64,000 bases of DNA from Monocercomonoides exilis PA203 (taxonomy: Eukaryota; Protista; Preaxostyla), in contig LSRY02000011.1 in the NCBI GenBank assembly GCA_001643675.2, positions 434,001 through 498,000 on the forward strand, in the 5' to 3' direction. Of this stretch, positions 25,401 through 35,500 are shown piece after piece; positions within the stretch are counted from its first letter, which is position 1, and the number at the start of each line of letters is the position of its first letter. A model generated the notes under the pieces. The model had not been told where the DNA came from. It made no database searches and saw only the letters and a list, made by a program, of their open reading frames with translations. Position numbers and translations under genes: made by a program.

Positions 25401-25686
25401 GTTTGGGGAGTATGAGGCTGTGGTTGCAGGAGATAAGATTGTGAGAGGAGAAAGGCCCGACACAAGCAAGACGATTGAGACGAGCTATTGCGAAGTGATA
25501 AAGGAGTGCCTTTCGGTTGACCGAAAAGAGAGGCCGACGCTGGTCGGGCTGAAGCGGGAGTTCATTGGGCATTTCCCAGCAGGCACAGTCATGCTCACCG
25601 TGTCTGATGCAATCGACTATGAAGCAGTCAGCTTTGTTGAGGATCAAAGGCTGTCCACTGGGCAGATGATGAGCTCGGAGCAGTGA
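16435..25686 (+). CDS. Giant intronless single-pass receptor-like pseudokinase (Cys-rich beta-helix/Pmp-like ectodomain, TM, degenerate TKL-like domain), 3083 aa
   Basis: N-terminal hydrophobic leader; GGA(I/V)/GGG + FxxC repeats; five CGxxxx(P/G)Cx(T/S)(I/V) modules; TM YWMLIVIVIFAVLFLIVLVVAIAFII followed by RWKK. Kinase C-lobe motifs RWKAPEL, AFSIGMMLWECLTLQIPF and ERPT are present, but GxGxxG, HRD and DFG are not. Confidence 0.88.
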   Translation: MVKMLLISIAFLLTERKILCQDFCESAGFEVICTSNNFNYEKFFPAQRNRFPNEGLRSKISGSIRSELSSSSHKKITKENEVTERKVFENEKSKEGGLPECKKDCNLKNQGQIIDRPSTILKEFNSKEGECLIKGCFDLKNASVGWSGLELVSVNGKSAICGTEGSRAALRGCSVVMSCGVPLFEMHESYALLENITLQSSNPLSNEIPPLFSSKGTINKASNKSHLSVRFSCFSSFCISSAPFLASPLIESVSLADLIFFNISTKPSDCSSLTASIYKTQCFMQSCSFSSVCDVYDGGIVPSLNNPLASLTASNTSFVGCCRTSNVEHIGTEEEKKHPGRINETDNGANTFTWCEWIGSNTTGTDETWQDGISSGGAISMYGHPNGELSVSHCDFNNCYAYSRGGAVLCHSIKSININNNTFNACTAQHQEGGGIHAYLISTCVLISRCEFQNCESNHNGGGLYLDCFQASRTECFEAEVGEEENAYIFDCNFSTCSVTNNHGGGMYCRSVPAAQFKMRSIQFILCSAQSHGGGLSFYPNGTTTPTDKIFCCFLSFHKCECRESLIPLGHDSEYSDSFNLYLDSDNPFYECCTTNTDDRRVCYAYNYSNSGDWIYDQTSKKSWLKDKTIYVSVNGNDEYELCGTNESYPCLTVKKAVEMCEIQLALSVTLMEGNHASETETINIGEKKISVIGKGRTESSIGTGALSSVGTLFSVTTGNLGLLRMKVDCNSNASPSSPSVVVVSDGSGSLSLEDVVITTSVSSGNVISSSVFVVSLSQLSMVDVEIINMNVSKPLFSEPDLPSFSLSSSSFFLAGTESTESILANVNVKNVKLTNGDGVVVAKSVKEGETFVVKNVTIEDCECEDGSGGGIKVDLSSSSSKLRAGTSSTPEGEATKFNRCKCSGYGGGMMLHLADSSFDFSIYTVDFEGCTASLGGNYLFVNGKDSKNWGITTEKLNIENDNSKFNELVGWDRSDTTMGQFPLNVFLDIYPDAAHVGKAKNNLGGYNSWFCGFDYYPCATITHAAQVRYADTNKNIELDSGFELAEEVAMTGEYEWKVFCITKGMKVSVKTPDNMESEFLIEVQSACKMENIRFSLPTELEGVKSLISANSTLLTLTDCSVCCSSENTEGDAIGYSFVRAIGRKLKMEGFVIEESSLFGVHSLVELASGVDAVVCVGCNVSNVEKRNGDGGWMDGEVGTERDEGKNGIIVIEGCNVKGCSCCGRGGGIHASVKGEGSVVVNGTSVIDGCEANDFGEREGRGGGMMVEMGSRDCGLKIESGVKFSVDADNIAMFGKDVFVCCNAGILLESKVNATSFGFFDARAIPTVVLELSGSESGNEDEVIPLFVYLCSMGSKLIVDGSGEWSLDHSRCGFEKFGCLTIDYCVSQRANINIHEIEVASVSSIKNEMKVASCDVILSGKRESVEEEKMRVEVSDEGSANQERFIECTSSLSVNYISFSVDSPLKNARKAFIYSSLSTLTIANCSISFAEEALTNGMIGYSIIDKKGGKLIVDGFVIEEEVMMTMNGISPITMKNGTELEMKNSRVSGVEVAGGSGGGCLNVEINEMGNANIEGCNLSSRCSGGSGMKGGGVMISVGERGTLRMKNVKFDGCEVPSMDKEEGGRGIGGGMFVELPEEFGLFVLEGMKFEGCNAWKGKNVFVSGWDLREIMSNEQLKWEMNEEESESLDELCGWERKTTGEGYVIPLVVYLWSNWSGNGFVSKEKGGDFSGCGFSEAPCSSIDHLNALRYSTPGEGETHISIVGSGLLSHSISFSFISSSILESPKVVTEGTKKGTALIVSDEDENDLNDCSMISSNVSLSFVNVSFTKPTITTHHEVFIESSGTNSCLTIVDCSFGSLTGVTETAGYCMIRVNGGSVLIERCSLRMISDLKGLICFSPSATEVTAQNVNVSFAAVKEKSLISMFEVSNANGKRNAHINSNKPVLRVVGCSFANITNEENGAGVIDVGSFEHGVECVIDECSMSSCKSGLSIEGGGMRVALKSGESILKVNGSSFSMCKCSTQSGRGGGMYIDGADPNINYAVDSQIPPLRFKIANILFSLDEAFVGNDIFVRCKSIAHQINETLFALNYNQDSLNSNNSICGNDSEGNTDIDLIPLITFYYSAQVFVNSTGTDDRQCGAQSNPCLSINCAVDHIQEGVMNAILIDGEGAVTKECVIGDLVVNSLKKTQAIVKLNSKMEKSSDKDCIMEFINECSVERCSFQFEETFESTHNCLMKVKNGSMEIQKCEFCSTETELKVNSSIVNVERGELRIFDSAFRNLHSSASLLSFCEESKVEVVEMFITNIECEGDVVVVGGKAKVEMKEIAANNISLMKGGSAMKIEGIEEDVSVLNCSFGKCTNSKEKGSMAQIREGRAVRIEACVFDGEGNGEGSEETHEKMNRKEICGWNGSLVDVENSKVEMKETAIKNSKVGGLWVSGGSLAIENGKFENNNPFIEGYPSARRNAICTGNGELNVVSLKGGDGIEKNTSLWIMDEGCKLGGIAGERASPFFIPVLEDVQNATKPSGELKLIIHGKLLLPCDLSVKISMKEGDEEEIVRKGIDEEDCVSENEVHSTISLELLKVMETKAEASMSIQFGKSNLPSFTAEFILKNRSEIQPKGDEKLVEGGNKEKSYWMLIVIVIFAVLFLIVLVVAIAFIIRWKKAKNENKDLREIVNDNIRKDPKAFEMVTMEMSPEEQWRRAEREAEKKNEERIKMGVYAKSLGHSESSQYLLAESGSTEYILGRDSDKIPQWMLEKIDEKEIEYEMRKRTPSPSISSTSTTDTSDSDSTFVRGEDLCPTTSSMSNLVDAMACSSPHEKLIVDLRDSLFMLLHGRNEKKEMAIGTLQEREMTAAQIMFWVANLALHSFDEMENPLQSLANLSPHIVLFSEHMVICIVMHSDLSSDDSDSSSISSSTIITSSSDDSTINKNGRGSPPPSSAFEEEDDFKKECLRWKAPELLNGAKTHATKKTVAFSIGMMLWECLTLQIPFGEYEAVVAGDKIVRGERPDTSKTIETSYCEVIKECLSVDRKERPTLVGLKREFIGHFPAGTVMLTVSDAIDYEAVSFVEDQRLSTGQMMSSEQ

Positions 25687-25784
25687 CAGAGCTGCTCGTG
25701 AATCACAAAAAAGAGAAAACAGCTAAAAAGATCATTTTCATGTGCTTTTTCCGAATTGTTCGCACAACAGTCCCTTCTTCATTT

Positions 25785-28776
25785 TTATATTCTTGTAATA
25801 TTTGAATTTAATGTGTAACTCAAATTCTTGTTGTTTTCTTTTTTTTTTTTTTTCTGTTTGTATATGCTTTTTTTTTGTTTGTTTTGTTTTGAAATATGCA
25901 TATCAAAAGCAAAAACACAAAAATGTGGATATTCAGATGTGTATTTAGAAATGATCTGTTTTTTTGCCACCATCATCCGCAGTCTGCATTTCAGTTCGTT
26001 TATCTCTCGTTCAACTTGGTTCATTTCGTTTTCTGTCTTCTCTCTTTCTCTCTTCACTTCTGCTTGGCGCTGCCCTTTTCGCCCAATTCGCGCCAATGCA
26101 GACTGCAACGATGAAAATTCCATCTGTTTTGCACTGAGTGCTTTTTGCAGCTCATTTAGAATGGCTGCTTCTGGTAGTCTTGAACTTGCTGAAGAGGAAG
26201 AGGAGGATGCTTCAGTTGATGATGTGGATTGCATTGATGAAAATGAGTGTGCCTGAGTTGTTGCTCGAAACGGAGACGAAATTGCCGAGTCTGAAGGAGA
26301 TGGGTATTGCAGAGAATGTTGTGACACAGTTTTTGGAGACGAGGAAGGAGAAGAAAGAAGTTTCGTGTGCAGAGATCCTGGAGGAGATTGCAGCGATTTC
26401 GAATAACTTGTGGGAAATGAAGGAAGCACAGAAACATCAGAGTGATGTGGAGAAAAAAGGGAAGTGGGTGTGTATGATGAAGAAAACGATGCTGATGGAT
26501 ATGATGATCGAAGATTACTTATCGATTCAAGTCTTTTCTGGTGTTCTCTGTCTCTTCCCCATTCCCTCTCTCTTTCTCTTTCTCTTTCTCTTTCTCTTTC
26601 TCTTTCTCTCTGTCGTTCATATTCCTTTTCTCTCTCATATTCTCTAGCTTTTGCTCTTTCTCTTTCCATCCACGATTTTTTCTCCTCTTCTCTCAAATTC
26701 TGTTCTTCCCTCAATTTCTTGTTCAAATAATCCACAGATTGCTTCAGCTGTTCTTTTTCATCATTTGCATCTCGTATGCGCCGCTTCAATTCTTCCATCT
26801 CGTTTCCCTGAGCTTTCAGCGATCTTTCCAGCTCATTCTTTGCTTCCTCCAGTTCTGCTTTTTCTCCATTCATTTGTTTCCTTTCTGATTTCATCTCTTC
26901 GTTTTCCCTTTTCACCCCTTCCAATTTCTTCTCCAGCTCTTCATTCACTTTTGTCAAACTCTGCTTTTCATTCCTCCACTTCTCCTTCATCTCGCTCAGA
27001 TCTGCCTCCACATTTGCCTTGTCTCGCTCCATCTTTCTTTTCCATTCAGCTCTCATTTCATTCGCAATCTCTCCCAGCTGCCTTTCTTTTTCTCGCTTGT
27101 CAAATTCCATCGCTTCTTTCATCCGCCCACACTCTTCTTCTGCCTCTCTTCTTTTCTGCCTTTCCTGCTTGTTTTCTTCGTTCATTCTATCAATCACTTC
27201 CTTCCATTTTTTCTCCTCTGCCTTTGTCTTCCTTTTCTCTTCACTTTCAATTTCCCGCTCTCTTTCCCTCCACCTTTCACGCCACTCCTTTTCCATCTCT
27301 TCCTTCTCAATCTCGTTTCTGTTTTTCATTTCTTCAATTTCTCTTTTGCAAGCTGCAAGCGCTTCCTGTGTTCTCAGCAGTGAATCCTCTTTCTCTTTCA
27401 GTCTCTCGCCCAGCATCTCTTCTTTTCGTCTGACTTTCTTGCCTTTCCTTTTCTCTTCATTCTCTCCACTTTGTCCTTCCACATCTCTTTTCTTTCATGA
27501 GCCTCTGTCTTTTGCCTCTTCCACGTTTCTTCTTTCCATTTCCATTCGTGCTCTCTTTTGTCAGCGTCTGTGACTTGCCGTGCAAGCATTTCTATTTTCG
27601 TCTTCATCTCGTTCAAATCACTTCGAAGCATCACAATTTCAGAAGAGGACGATGAAGTTGATGAAGAAGTTGAATAGGATGCTGTGGATGTTGGTGAAAA
27701 GGAAGAAGATGTGTGATTGGGTGCAGATGCATCAGACGAAGGATACGTTGCAAGTGTCTGCCTCATTCGATCTGGTGATGTCAGCGGTGCAGATGTCGAT
27801 TGCATGAAGTGCTGAGACGATTCAACTTGATGCTCAAACTGGCGGGGAGACAGCGGATGAGAAGTGGGAAGCGGAAGAGAATGCGGATCAGACTGATGCA
27901 ACACTTCTGAAGAAGGGAAATGTGAAAATGGATGAGATGGTGGAGATGACACTCGAAATTCAGAGAATTCGAAGAATCCCAAATATTCATCGTGTTCTGA
28001 CTCACCACGTGTTCTGTTGTTTCTCTCTTCATTTTCTCTGCTCTTATTCTCTTTTTTTCCATAGCGGAATGGCAGTTTGTCACTTGGTTTTGGAGAGATC
28101 GATGAAGATGGAGATGCTGAGGAAACAGAAGAGGCAGAAGGCGCAGAATAATCAGAATCCTCATCCTCAAATTCATCAGTTGAATCGCATCGCTCTGAAG
28201 AGCCGGGAGTTTGCAACGGATGTGAGTGGTTGACAAGACTGTGCAAGTTGTGGATACGTTGAGAATGCAACATATGAGAATGGCTCATGTGCTTTGTTTG
28301 CTCTTTCTCCCCTTCAGCTCGATTCAAGTGATTTGCAGTGTGTTGCTCCGCAGAACTTGTTTTTGCTGAAGAATGCGAATTCCTTCCGGCTGAGCTTTCA
28401 GAAGGCGATGCTTGGCTGCTGGAAACGTGTGGCTGCGATGTGCCTTTTCCTCGGTTGATGTTTCATTCATGCTTTCTTCATCGCGAAATCTGTCTTTTGA
28501 TGAGATGTTCCGTTCTGCTGCCTTTTCCTCACCTCGCACTTCTTCCTTTTCCAATTCCAGATGAATCTCTCTTTGTTTTCTTTTCATGTTTTCTTTCGCA
28601 TTCCTTTGCTCATCAAATTCCTCGTTTTCATGAAATCTGTTTTCCAAAAAGTTTCTGATCGATTTCTCATTCTTCCTTTTCGCTTCTCTGTTTTCTTTCT
28701 CTCCTTCCTTTTCTGCCTTCTCTTCAAGCAGCCTCCGCTTCAACGATTCAGGTGAAAGCAGAAACGACGAAGACAC
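25785..28776 (-). CDS. Coiled-coil/low-complexity hypothetical protein, apparently broken by two frameshifts
   Basis: Three overlapping ORFs (28776-28324, 28327-27398, 27482-25785) lie in successive frames with continuous E/K/R- and Ser-rich character. The true start is uncertain. Confidence 0.6.
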
Positions 28777-29584
28777 TGAAAATCAATTTTAATGTTGAGA
28801 TTAAAAAAAGAACAGAAAATTTTAAATGTGACAAATAAATACTACTTTTGTTCAGAATGCTGAACAAACAAACAATGTTGAAATTGAATTGTAAGTAAAT
28901 TGTTGTGAATAAAAAGTCGGGAAAGAGCAAATTTCATCTGACGCTTTTGAAGATATCACTGTTGAAATATTTTTTCAAGTTGAATTATTTTGTATTGGAC
29001 GAATGATCTTTTTTGTTCATTTCATCATTTATCAAAGCTCACTGATGAATCCAAAACTGAAATAGTTCAATAAAGAACTATATTCAAAAAAAGAAGATAG
29101 AATCCATATTAAAAAAGACAACTGGTGCAAAATTCTTGCATTTATGAAAAAATCAAAGATTTGTTCCGAACTATTTCTGCCATCGAATAACTGCAATTCT
29201 GACATTCAAGTGAAAAATAACATAAAGAAATATTTGAAAGATGAGAAACATATTCTTATGTCAACGACGGAACAAAATTCATAAAGCAAAATATTTCATC
29301 CCAACTTGTTACAAAAGAAATGTCAAAAAAAGTGAAAAACTATTTTATATGGTTATAAATTTAATAAAAAGAAAAATGAATAAAAAAACCATTCACACGC
29401 AATATTTATTACTTCCAGAGAAAATAAATATTATCAATTATTTTATCGAAGATTTGAAAAAGCAAATTCATAATTTTTCAAAAATTCAAAAAATTGTTGA
29501 AACATTAAACATTAACTAAAAGTTGATAATAAAACGACAGTTTGAAAATCAGGCTTTCGCTTTTTTCGAAATTTCACAAATTTT

Positions 29585-32500
29585 TCAGTTTATTTTCAGC
29601 TTATCAATCAATGATAAAAACTTTTCTTGCAATTCTTTTGGTAATGTTTGAATTATTGAAGCTGAACGATTCAAAAATATGGAAAAAGCAATTGCAAATT
29701 CAACCCATCCTCCTTCCTTGAATTCGTTCAGCATCCATTCCAATTCTGTTTCCTCAGAGCAAAAAGCATTGCAGTCGTCATCAAAAAGGTTGGACATCCA
29801 TCCTTCCTTTAAAATCTTTCTCCTCATTTTGTACTCATCAAACAAAATTTTCGTATGCTTGCTGTTCTGCACATGTGAACAGTCGCTGATAATTAGCTCA
29901 GTTTTATCTTCGGCTTCTTGATCTGAATCAAAAGGCTCATTCATAAATGAAAGACCAGCAGCATTAGCCTCTCGTTCTTTTTCCAAAGCGTCCATCCAAA
30001 ATGAATTTGTGTTCGTTGAAAGAGTTGAAATAGACATATCGGAGCATCCGTTTTCAAATGGGTAGCGAGGAATCCACCATTTGAGAATATCTCTCAGAAT
30101 GCAATCAATTGGCATTCCTGTTATGTTCCATTTATCCTTAAAGTGTTCTTTTTCTTTGATTGTTATTTCATCTCTTTGAGCAATTTGAGTGTGATGTTCG
30201 TTGTCATTTATCTCAGAGGAAAGCAATGAAAGCATTTTGTGAAGAGGAAAGTCGATAAGTTTGCAGAAAAAGTACAATGGACGGTATTTACGCTTTCGCA
30301 ATAAAATTTCAACTGCGCAACATACAACCAATGTGCAATCTGCACATATCTAAAATAAAAAGAAGAAGAAACAACGATTATTTGCATCCAAAAAATCAGA
30401 TAATTTGAAAAAACAAAACATCAATATTTGAATATTTTGCAAGTAAAATACAAACCTCTAATTTTTTTGGTAAATAGTCAGTCAACAAAATGTGTGTGTG
30501 ATTATTTGACATTCCAATTTTACTGCTGACAATCATCCACAAAAGTTGTGTATTTGATTGAAAGTCTGTTTGCTTTGATTCCTTTTTCTTTTTCTCTCCA
30601 ATCGGAGTCTTAAAATCTCTCAAATCAGTCTTTGTATTATCTCCATCAAAAGTTGAATCGATGGCATTTCCTCTTTCAATTTCTTTTCCGCTCTCCTTCT
30701 GTTCGTCCTCTAACCATTGTATTCCTGATCCTCGAATTACATAGCGCGTTAGTCCAACAAGCGAGGCATAATCTTCCTTCTCCAAACACTCGCACGCAAC
30801 AGCAACGGCAATAGAAGCAGCACATGAAAAGGAAAAGCATTCATCAAAGAACCGAATGGTGTGACTGAGAGATTTGGTATCGTTCTCATTCAATGACCAC
30901 AAGCACATCGAAACAAGTCCGTTGATTGAAGAAAACGTGAAAGAGCCATCTTTCAGTTCTTTATTTAGTTCATTTGTCTGATTTTGCACAGGAGATGAAC
31001 TTGAAACGTTCGAGTTCTGATAACAAATTTTCTTTAAAATTGAAATCACTGCTTGTTGATTTGCTGAAAATGAACATTGCTTTCCTTTTTTCTCTAGAAC
31101 AGACGTTTGAGACTCATCTCTTTTGAGTCCTGTTCTTCTCATCGAATCTTGTTTTCCTTCAAACGAGCTATCACAGAAGATTGCAGAAGGAGAAGGAATG
31201 CACAACTGCAGGAACGGATTTTCACTTGCGATTCTGCTTATAAGAGATAGCAAAGGTGGCCAATTTGAAGGTGCAAGTCGACGTAAAGAGTCGATAAGTA
31301 TTGTATGCGCATCGTTAAATAAGCAAAGAAAAGAAATTGTAGTCAGAAGTGAAGGAATGCATTGAGCTTGATTGATTTGAGATTCATGCGACAATTCGAT
31401 GTCCGTCCACATATCATTCTCATTATCTTTGCAAGCATCAATTGTCGCTTTGTCAGAACAGTTACTTGTGTACGGCTTGCATTCATTTGGTGTTGAAGAA
31501 TTATAAAAATCGCGAATGGCATCTTCAGTTAACAGCACATCATCCATCTTTAAATTGTTGCTTGAGAACGCAGCATCACTCCATTTCTGTTTTGTAGCTC
31601 GGTTTTCGTTTAACTTTTGTACGGTCTTGTTTTGATTATTTTTGCAAACTGTGTTAAAGTGAATAACAGCCGAAAGTACTTCCATCAATAGCTTTTGTCT
31701 GAATTCACTTGCATTCAACCATTCATTGCACACTCCACTCTGGCACCCTGTGCGATAAGGTGAGACTGTCAATGAAAACGCAGCCAATATAGCTTGTATC
31801 AAAGGAAAATAATCAGTCATTTCATCTTTTCCTGAGTTGATTGACTTCAATTGTGAATTTTGCAGCAGAAGAGCGTGTTGGATAAGGAGATGGTACAAAG
31901 AAAGAGGCCGGAGGGCAAATTGATGGGGACGGGACAAAACAGACGGAACAGAAGCAGGATTATAAAAGCAGCAGTCTGATTGCTGGGCATCTTGTGGGGC
32001 ACTTCCAGCAGCAAAAGGCTGGCGAGACAGATGCTGCTGCATCAAATGAGCACACGGCCTATTTGTAGAAGTCTCAGCTGTGATGAAGATGGATGACTGC
32101 ATCAGACAAAGCGGTGCCTGTGACTTCACTTGCGAAGGGAACATGATGTCAAAGTTGACACACCCGCTGTCTGCAGTTGCTTCAAGTGACGGCTTAATCA
32201 TCCAAGTAGTAACTCCCATTTCATCGTCTTCCTTTTGTTTTTTGCTTATGTTCGCTTTCATGGCTTCTGAAAGTAACCAATCAAAGCTATCTTCACTTTC
32301 ATAGTTATCGGCTAGATAATCGCTGTATATTGTGCAATCATCTTCCATCGCACTTCCACACAAGTTGCGATTGACAATGGCTCTGTTTCTGCATTCAATT
32401 GCCCATAGCTGAGTATTCGCCAAGCAGCACCAGGCAGCAACAGAACTGAGCATAACAGCCTTGTTGGTTGAGGTGTCGATGAGTGCAAGAGACGAATCAG

Positions 32501-35500
32501 CACAGCGCACAACAAACACATGTGGTCTCTGGCGGACAATGACAGCAGTTGGCAGCGGAGAACTGACAGCAGCAGAAGCAGTCAGAAGACTCGAAGTTGC
32601 TTGCGGGGAATTGACAGGAGTTTGTATTGCTGTTTGGTGCTGGTGCTGTTTTGTGCTTGCAGATGCTAATTGTGTAGAAGAGGCGGAGTGAGAAAGAGGA
32701 GACGGGGCAGGAGACAATGAAGAAGGAGAAAGCGATGAAGGAGAAAAGAATCGTTTGAGACGAGTCGCAAATGGAGTGCTTGAATCCTTCGGTGTTTTCT
32801 TTTCCTTTTTGTGCTTTTTGTCATCAGTCGGTGGAGTTGAAAGCGGAGTTGGGGGCGAAGAAGCTGTGTGCGATTTGTGCAAGTTCGAAGGGCGTTTGGG
32901 AGTTGTCAGTGTGGAAGATTGGGTCGAAAGTGACTGAGCTTGTCGAGTCTCTGTTGCCGATGTTAGCGGAGATGAAAGAGGATTTCTTGCATTTCTTTGA
33001 GTTGTGGTTGATGAAGGCATTTGGATGGCTGGTTGTTCTTTTGAAGGGACGGAATTGTCGCTTACAAGCACAAAACCAGATCGTTCCGCTAAGCCTGTGT
33101 CTCTCTGAAAAGTAATTGGTGTCAAGCCTGGGTGAATTGGAGTGGCGCTGACAATAAATGACTTCAGACGGTTATTTGTTTTTCGCTTGCAATCGTTTGA
33201 TTTGCTCGTCATTTCTATATCGAGTGAAGGGAAAGTGAGTCTGCGTAAATTCACAATAACCCGCTTCCCATTCACCACAACACCTGATCTTGTTCTGTCT
33301 CTTTCTCTTTCGTCTTCGCCCAGCTTCTCGATTGATATGGACACTGCAAATGGTTGAATGAAGGTGATTGGCAAAAAGGAAGAGGAAGAATCAGACTGGG
33401 AAGAAGAAGATGATGATGATGACGACGACGAACCAGTTTGACTGTCAATAAGCATCTGAGGTGTAACAGCGTCTGAGCGAAGGACGATGTTGAAGTGCTT
33501 TTCGTCTGGGCACACAGACAAAGAAAGAGGCGCAAAATGCGATGGAAGCGGGGCGACTGCATGCGATCGATAGGAAGCAGGAAGAAGAAGCGGATCTTTT
33601 AAGTGGGAATGCGAAGAGGCTGAATGAGAGGCAGAAGAAGCCGAAGAAGACAAGGCAGAGGCAGTCTGATGAGACGAGCGAGAGAAAGAAGAGAGCGAAA
33701 TGCGGCGCGAGTCGTCAATCGCCTTCCGCGTCAGAAGAAGTGGAATGAACACCACGTGAATGAAGAAGTCCTCGTTGGACTCTTTTGCCTTTTCTGCAGA
33801 GGCCAAAGAAGAATACAGAATGGAAGACTGAGCAGATGAAGCAGGAGAAGGCGGAAGGGACGAAGAAGAACGCGAAGGAGAAGAAAGAACGACAGGCGGA
33901 ACAGAAAGAGAAGATGGAGTGAATGGACGCCTTGGTGTGGTCTCAATATCAGCAGAAGCAGGGAAAGAATAGAGGGAATCGCCCATTGTCTTGCTGGTGG
34001 TGACTGTTGAAAGAGGTGATGGAGAAAAAGTGGATGAGGAAGAAAGAGAGGAGAGCACTGAAGAAGAAGAAGAGGAGGAGGAGGACAATGAGGAAGAGGA
34101 AGAAGAAGAAGATGATGATGATCCTGTATGCGATCTTGTCTTCTTCTTCTTTGTGGTTGTGACGAGGATCAAGATGTCGTCGCTCAGCCACTCGGCGCTG
34201 ATGATGCAGTCGTTTTCGAGAGAGGTGAACCACATCCATCTGCCCTCTCTCCACTGCTGAGAGGAACACGAGGACAAAAGAAGAGACTGGGCTGATGCAG
34301 GGGCACTGAGTGACTGTGAAGTGGGAAGAGAGGAAGAAGAAGAGGAAGAGGTAGAAGAGGTAGAAGAGGAAGAAGAAGAAGAAGAAGGAAGACGTGATGA
34401 AGTGTTGCTTTGACTCATATCTTTCTTTCCGATGTACAAAGCAACGCCTCCATCGCCGATGACTGAGAACGAAGAGAGAGAAGAAGAAGAAGAAACAAAC
34501 TGGATGCGGCGAAGAAGGAAGATGAAAGGGCGAGGAATACACAGAGAAGCAAAAGCGTTTGATATGACGGCAGATGAGTGGGGGAGTGAGGGAAGTGGCT
34601 GAGATGGAGAGTGGAATGTGATTTTGTTGTTGAGTGTGTTGTTGTTGTTGTTGTTGTAAAGTGAGGTGAATGACTGAAATGTAGACGAAGTGATTGGAGA
34701 AGGTTCCTTCTGCAGTGACTTGATGAATGAAAGCAAGGGCTCGTTGGCTGCAGAGGATGTGTTCTGATAGGGCTGAAGAGAAGGGAAGGCCAAGTAAATG
34801 TGCTGTGAGTCAAAGAAGCAGGCAGCATCGCGTGGCTGGCAGATGGCGGTGGAGGAAAGAGAGGCGCCGGCGGACGAAAAGGAAGACGTCCAGAGGCCTT
34901 CCACTTCGACAAAGCAGCCCTTCAGAAAGGAAGCGGTGGAGAGGAGGAGAAGAGAAGACGAGGAATGCACCCAGATTGCAGAGACGACAGAAGAAGGAAG
35001 CTTTCTGGTTGAATTGGATTTTTTGGGTCTGTTTGAAATTTGATTGGATGAGTTTTTTTGTTGCAAATTATTGTGTGATTTATCGTTTGAACTTTCAATC
35101 AATTGTCCTGTTTCTGTTATTTTTTCTCCTTCTGTGCAACTACTTCCATTTATGCATTCATCATCATCATCATCATCGCATTCTTTTTCTTCACTCCATT
35201 CAGCAGCCTCGTCTTCATCAGCATCATCGTTTCCAGTGGCCATAATGTTCTGTGACAAGATGCTTATGCACTCACCGTCGATGACAGATGCCCCGTGGCT
35301 GCAGGCAAAGCCAACAGCGATGGACGAGACGAGAGGAAGCGGATGGATAGGCGGAATGGCACAGCGAGAGGGAAACACAAAGAAAGAGGAGGAGTCTGAA
35401 GATGATTTTTGTGGAGAAGATAAGAATTTGCAGGAAGAAGAAGATGAGGAGGAGGAGGAAGAAGATAATGAAGAAGAATCTTGTTCAGATGATGTGTCTT

